A DNA stretch of 64,000 nt from NCBI RefSeq assembly GCF_009914755.1, contig NC_060934.1; one strand, 5' to 3'. This stretch comes from the human T2T-CHM13v2.0 reference genome, Homo sapiens. This document shows, piece by piece, positions 59,311-64,000 of the stretch (position 1 is its first letter; each line of letters opens with the position of its first letter). Both the position numbers and the translations under genes were made by a program. The notes below the pieces were generated by a model, which saw only the letters and a list, made by a program, of their open reading frames with translations, did no database searches and was not told where the DNA came from.

Positions 59311-60189
59311 CTAGTGTATAGGAAGGGGATATTTTAAGATTCACCTCAGGAGTCAGCTCTTCTGGGAAGCTTTTAGACTCTGGGTTAAGTGTCTTCTCTT
59401 TATATGCCCTGTGGTACCCTATGCATACTTGTATCATAATGCTCTTCCCAGAGTTTTGCAATCACGTGCATTCTTGTCTTTGCAACTAAATTAAATGAGC
59501 TTCTTAAGGGTAAAGACTCTTGTAGTCTTTTATGATCACAGGGCCTGGCACTTGATAGACAATAAGTGTCTTTGAATGAATGAAAAATGGCATAGCATAG
59601 CAAGAAATGCCATTTTAGTATGGGGCTTTCTCAAAGCTTAAGAGCCTCAACTGGAAGTAGTAGTTACTTGGTTCAGAAAGTACCTGCCTTGTTGTCTCAG
59701 GAGGCTGTCCTTGTGCTTGGTTAGCAGGTTGTCTCATAGATTTTATTTAAAGCCAATACTCCCGGGAAGAGTCATTCATGCAGCAGACATTCATTGAGCT
59801 CTCCATGAACCTGGTGCACTGTTCTGGGAACTGAAAATAAAAGAGAATAATTAGCAAAGTTCTCTGGCCTTCAGGAGTTCAGTTTTGGTGGGGAAATTGA
59901 CGTGTGCCCCCATCATCAACAGTAGTTTTAATAATTAGGAATATTTTTAGTATTTAGAAATTGCAGATAAAGCTGAAAACCTTTAAAGGTCAGTAATTAT
60001 AACTATACTTAAGTTTTCCTAATTTTATGGAGTATAGTTTATCTCCTATGGTAGTTCTTTGTTCTTCCTCTCAAATTTCACAGAATAATGCCCAGCATAC
60101 AGGTTTTCAAAACTTAGTATTTCTGTAATAGTTCTTGTTTCAGCTCCCCCTCCCCCAGTTTTAACATTTCTGAAATCTTAGCAGTATGT

Positions 60190-60500
60190 CTTAGAGTTGC
60201 TAAGGACGAGGGGCAGCCAGGCTGCAGCTGTGCTGTAGTTGACTGCTTGCCATATGCACAGTACCTTTGGGTAAAATCCAGAAGACACCGGCATCAGCAT
60301 GTGCAGAAAAGGGTGCTGGCAGCTTGGGAGGAAATCTCAGGGACACCATGAAACATTCTTAAATACTGCATCACCAACACTCTTTTTGGCACAAAGAATG
60401 GCTTGGAGTGAAAAATATGGACATTGGTGGCTCCAAGTCAAAAAGTGATTCAGAAGATCTGGAATCTGAATGTGAAATCTTAAAAACTATAACCAGTTTA
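60190..60500 (+). mobile_element. Tc2/pogo-like (Kanga-type) transposase remnant
   Basis: Translates to ..VLAAWEEISGT..LKYCITNTLFGTK.. with a stop codon between the two parts; resembles the DDE_1 C-terminal W-x-x-I...FKKCCITNALDG motif. Confidence 0.5.
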
Positions 60501-60989
60501 TCTTGTCTATATTTTTCTTTTTTATATATGCTCAAGAATAATATATGATAAAAATGTTTAAAGTGTAAATGGGCTCTTTTATAAAACCTTTTCATCATGG
60601 AAAAGTGTAAACATACCCTTTTAGTAGATAGAAATAATACATGGAACCTGCATATACCCATCACCTAGATGTCATAATTGTTAACACATGGCTCAGCTTG
60701 TCTTGTTTCTTCTGTTTCACCACCCACTTCCTGCTTCATATTTTGAGGCAAATCCTAGATGTCTCCCATTTCATCTGTAAATATCTCAGTGTGTATCTCT
60801 AAAAGATCATTTAAAAATTTTAAAAATAAGTATAAAAGACTTAAGTGCACAGCCGAAAAATTGGTGAAAATATTTGCAACATGTATTAGAGATAAAACTT
60901 ACAAAGAATCTTAAAAACTGAGGGGATTTTTCCTCACCTACTTTGCTCTCTTTTCCTTCCATCAATCTGAAATGACTCAGACTCTAATT

Positions 60990-63335
60990 TATTAGGTGAG
61001 GCAAAGCAACATAGGCATCCAAGAGGAACCAGTGTAGCTTTGTGTGGGTGTCAGAGCCCACGCAGGACAAGGAGGCTGTCCTCTTGGGGGGTTAGCCCCA
61101 CGCGGAGTAGGGAGAGAAGGGCATCCACATGGGGAGGGGTGGTGGCAGAGATGGGAGAATGGTCACATACACACTGATTGATAAAATCAAGAACTATATT
61201 AAGGATAATAGAAGCCAAATCTTGTCAGAGAAACAATACTTTTTGGTGAATGGATGTATATCTGTATGTATGATGAGGAATGAAATATTTACATAGTTTC
61301 AAAGTAACTGTCTACTAAAATAGGTATTAAGTGTTGTACAAGGGGGAAAAGAATAACATTACAGTGAGGAAACCTGGCAGATACCACTTTACTCAGGTTG
61401 GTCAGATGATTAAAGTGAATGTCATTGGTAATGAGGTAAATTGAAATCACCTGACAGGATAGTGGAAGACGAAGACAGCATCACTTCTGTGAAATTCCTG
61501 CCCAAGGTATGTAATCAGAATCCCATCATGAGGCACACCCAAATGAGGGACATTCTACAAAATAACTACCTTGCAATCTTCATAGAGTGAAGATTATGAA
61601 AGTCAAGGAATAATGAGGAACTGTTCCAGACTGAGGGAAAGAAAATATTTGACAAGCAGATGGTATTCGTGCTTCTGAACTGAATTCTTTTGCTCTAATA
61701 AAAGACATTTTGGGCACAGTTTTCTGATTCTGATGATTGTATTGTGATTATGTAAGAGAATGTAGGAAAAGTATTCAGGGGTAGTGTGGGACAGGTCAGC
61801 AACTCACTCTGAAATGGTTCAGGAAAATCAGTTCTTTATGCTGTATTTTCAATCCTTGTATAAATTCGTGTTTGTTTCAAAGATTAAAAAAAGAGAGAAA
61901 ATGGAGGGGAAAATACCTGGTAGGCAAATGAACAAAAGACATGAATAGGCAATTCATTTAAAAATTAAAATAGGTCTTAAAATATTTAAAAAAATTCAGC
62001 ATCACTGATAATTAGAGAAATGCAAATTAAAACTGCAATGAAATATTCTCATCTGTCATGAGAAGGTTGTGGCTGAGTTAAGAGATTGGCAAATCCCCAC
62101 CCACCCTGCCCAAAAGCAACTGTAAATGCCATTCTGTAAACAAAAGGAATCAGGAACCCTTGGTGATGTGACTGATTTCAGAGCTGGGGCAGATAAAGTA
62201 CAAGCTGAGCTCAGAAAGTGAAGTTGTGCCAGAGGATAAGGAAGTGGCTCAGAGAATGAATGGAACATGTCAAAAGGACACAGAAATTACCTTGAAGGAG
62301 CTGACCAAAATGCAGACAATTTAAACAACAAAATAAGTAATGATAGTAATGGAATATAACCCATAGAATAAAAATGAGTCATAAATAAATAAATGGAGAA
62401 GGAAAAATATTTCCTTAGAGTAAAATTCTATTTAATATATGTAGATGGATTGATGGGGTTAGAAAAATCACCATTTGGCAGCCACTAGTAATGGTTTCAG
62501 GCAGGAGTTTTCAGGGTTTGATAAAACTAGTTGCAAAATTATGATGGGAAACCTGGTATTACTATAGGTTCCAGGTATCTCCCCACAAGATACTTAACAG
62601 TGACAAAGGGAAAAAGTAATTTTACAGCTACTGGCAAACATGACCTTAAGCAACAGATCAGGGTTAACACACCAGTGACAGGACAAGCCACCATCGGGTG
62701 TGTACCTCCTAATAGTGGTCCACTGAGAAGAACAGTGTCATGTCTGTGGCTTCCTGTCAAAAGTGTATAAACTGAATCTCAGCACGAATAACAGGCAAAC
62801 CCAGACTGGGAGGTGTTCTACAAAAATAACTGGCCTGCACTTCTTTAAACTCTGAAAAACGAATGAAGAACTATTCCACAGTTAAAGGCGACATGACAGC
62901 TACATACATGGTATGATCCTGGATTTAACTCTGGATCAGAAAATGGTTTTTGTGCTGTAAAGAATACAGGTAGGGCAATTAATGAAATCTGAAGATGGTC
63001 TGTAGATTATAGTATTGCATCAGTGTTGAGTTTCCAGTTTTCATAATTGCACTGTGGTTATGCAAGAGCACATCCATGTTTTAGGAAATACACACTGAAG
63101 CGTTTAGTAAAGGTACATCATATTTACAACTTAACCTTCAAGCATTTCAGGAATCTATATATATACATATACTCTGTCACACACATATATAAACATAAAC
63201 AGATAATGATAAAGCAAATGTAAAATATCAACAGTTTAGAAAACAAGGTGTAGGTTATGCAGAAATTCTTTGTACTGTTTTTCTCAGTCTCTTATTAAGT
63301 GTGAAATTATTTCAAAATTAAACTATTTTGTAAAA
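60990..63335 (+). mobile_element. L1MC-type 3'UTR fragments
   Basis: aacattacagtgaggaaacctggcagataccac, aaatgagggacattctacaaaataact, aggaaatacacactgaag motifs; at least two separate fragments. Confidence 0.7.
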
Positions 63336-63387
63336 CTTTTTAAAAAAGATCTATGATTTTTTTTTTTTTTTTTAAAAAAGCACTCCC

Positions 63388-63700
63388 AGCTGGGCGTGGT
63401 GGCTCACGCCTGTAATCCTAGCATTTTGGGAGGCCAAGGTGGGCAGATCACCAGAGGTCAGGAGTTTGAGACCAGCCTAGCCAACATGGTAAAACCCCAT
63501 CTCTACTAAAAGTACAAAAATTAGCTGGGCGTGGTGGCAGGCGCCTGTAATTTCAGCTACTTGGGAGGCTGAGGCAGGAGAATTGCCTTGAACCCAGGAG
63601 GCGGAGGTTGCAGTGAGCCAAGATCGTACCATTGCACTCTAGCCTGGGCAACAAGAGCGAAACTCCATCTCAAAAAAAAAAAAAAACAAAAAAAACAACA
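63388..63700 (+). mobile_element. AluS
   Basis: Full Alu with A-rich tail. Confidence 0.95.
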
Positions 63701-63859
63701 ACACTCTGTCATGGTTTAGTTTTATTTTTGGTGCTACATAAAGTAATGGTATGTCTTAATCTCACGCTGTCATATTCAATGAAATATGTATATTGTATTT
63801 TATGGAATGTATACTAGAAATATGCTATTAGGAACCAGTTTTATATTTGTATCTTATAT

Positions 63860-64000
63860 CTACTTTGTAACCTTGGGTGAGATACTTAACATGTCTAATC
63901 TGCAGTTTCAGCACATGAATAGTAGTACATGTGTTGTAGGGTTGGGGAAAGTGTGAGATAAAACATTTAAAAGCTAGCAGATGTCTCAGCACTTAGTAAA
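63860..64000 (+). mobile_element. MIR
   Basis: tgtaaccttgggtgagatacttaacatgtctaatctgcagtttc core. Confidence 0.65.

Overview
This is primate, almost certainly human, genomic DNA holding the 5' part of PLEKHA1 (TAPP1, tandem-PH-domain adaptor; the 10q26 PLEKHA1/ARMS2/HTRA1 locus from memory) on the + strand. It has about 14.5 kb of repeat-rich upstream sequence, a CpG-island promoter with a non-coding exon 1 (~14.9-15.08 kb), and seven coding exons (2-8) that splice in frame into residues 1-227 (PH1, linker, start of PH2). The intronic MIR3941 hairpin lies at ~57.2 kb. The rest is Alu (18 copies), L1, L2, MIR, LTR and DNA-transposon remnants. Almost all ORFs in the supplied track are spurious. 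I found no new protein-coding system. The best unexplained signals are: (1) a 214-nt, 90-bp-stem hairpin in intron 2, where a MADE2 MITE is flanked by a 67-bp inverted duplication of apparently non-transposon sequence; (2) an out-of-frame overlapping uORF 16 nt upstream of the start codon, with an alternative acceptor that would remove it and a candidate cryptic exon that would extend it; (3) a perfect 164-bp microhomology-bounded tandem duplication; (4) a ~300-bp dispersed local copy of an L1 segment. Repeat family names come from remembered consensus sequences, not from a search, and repeat boundaries are approximate.
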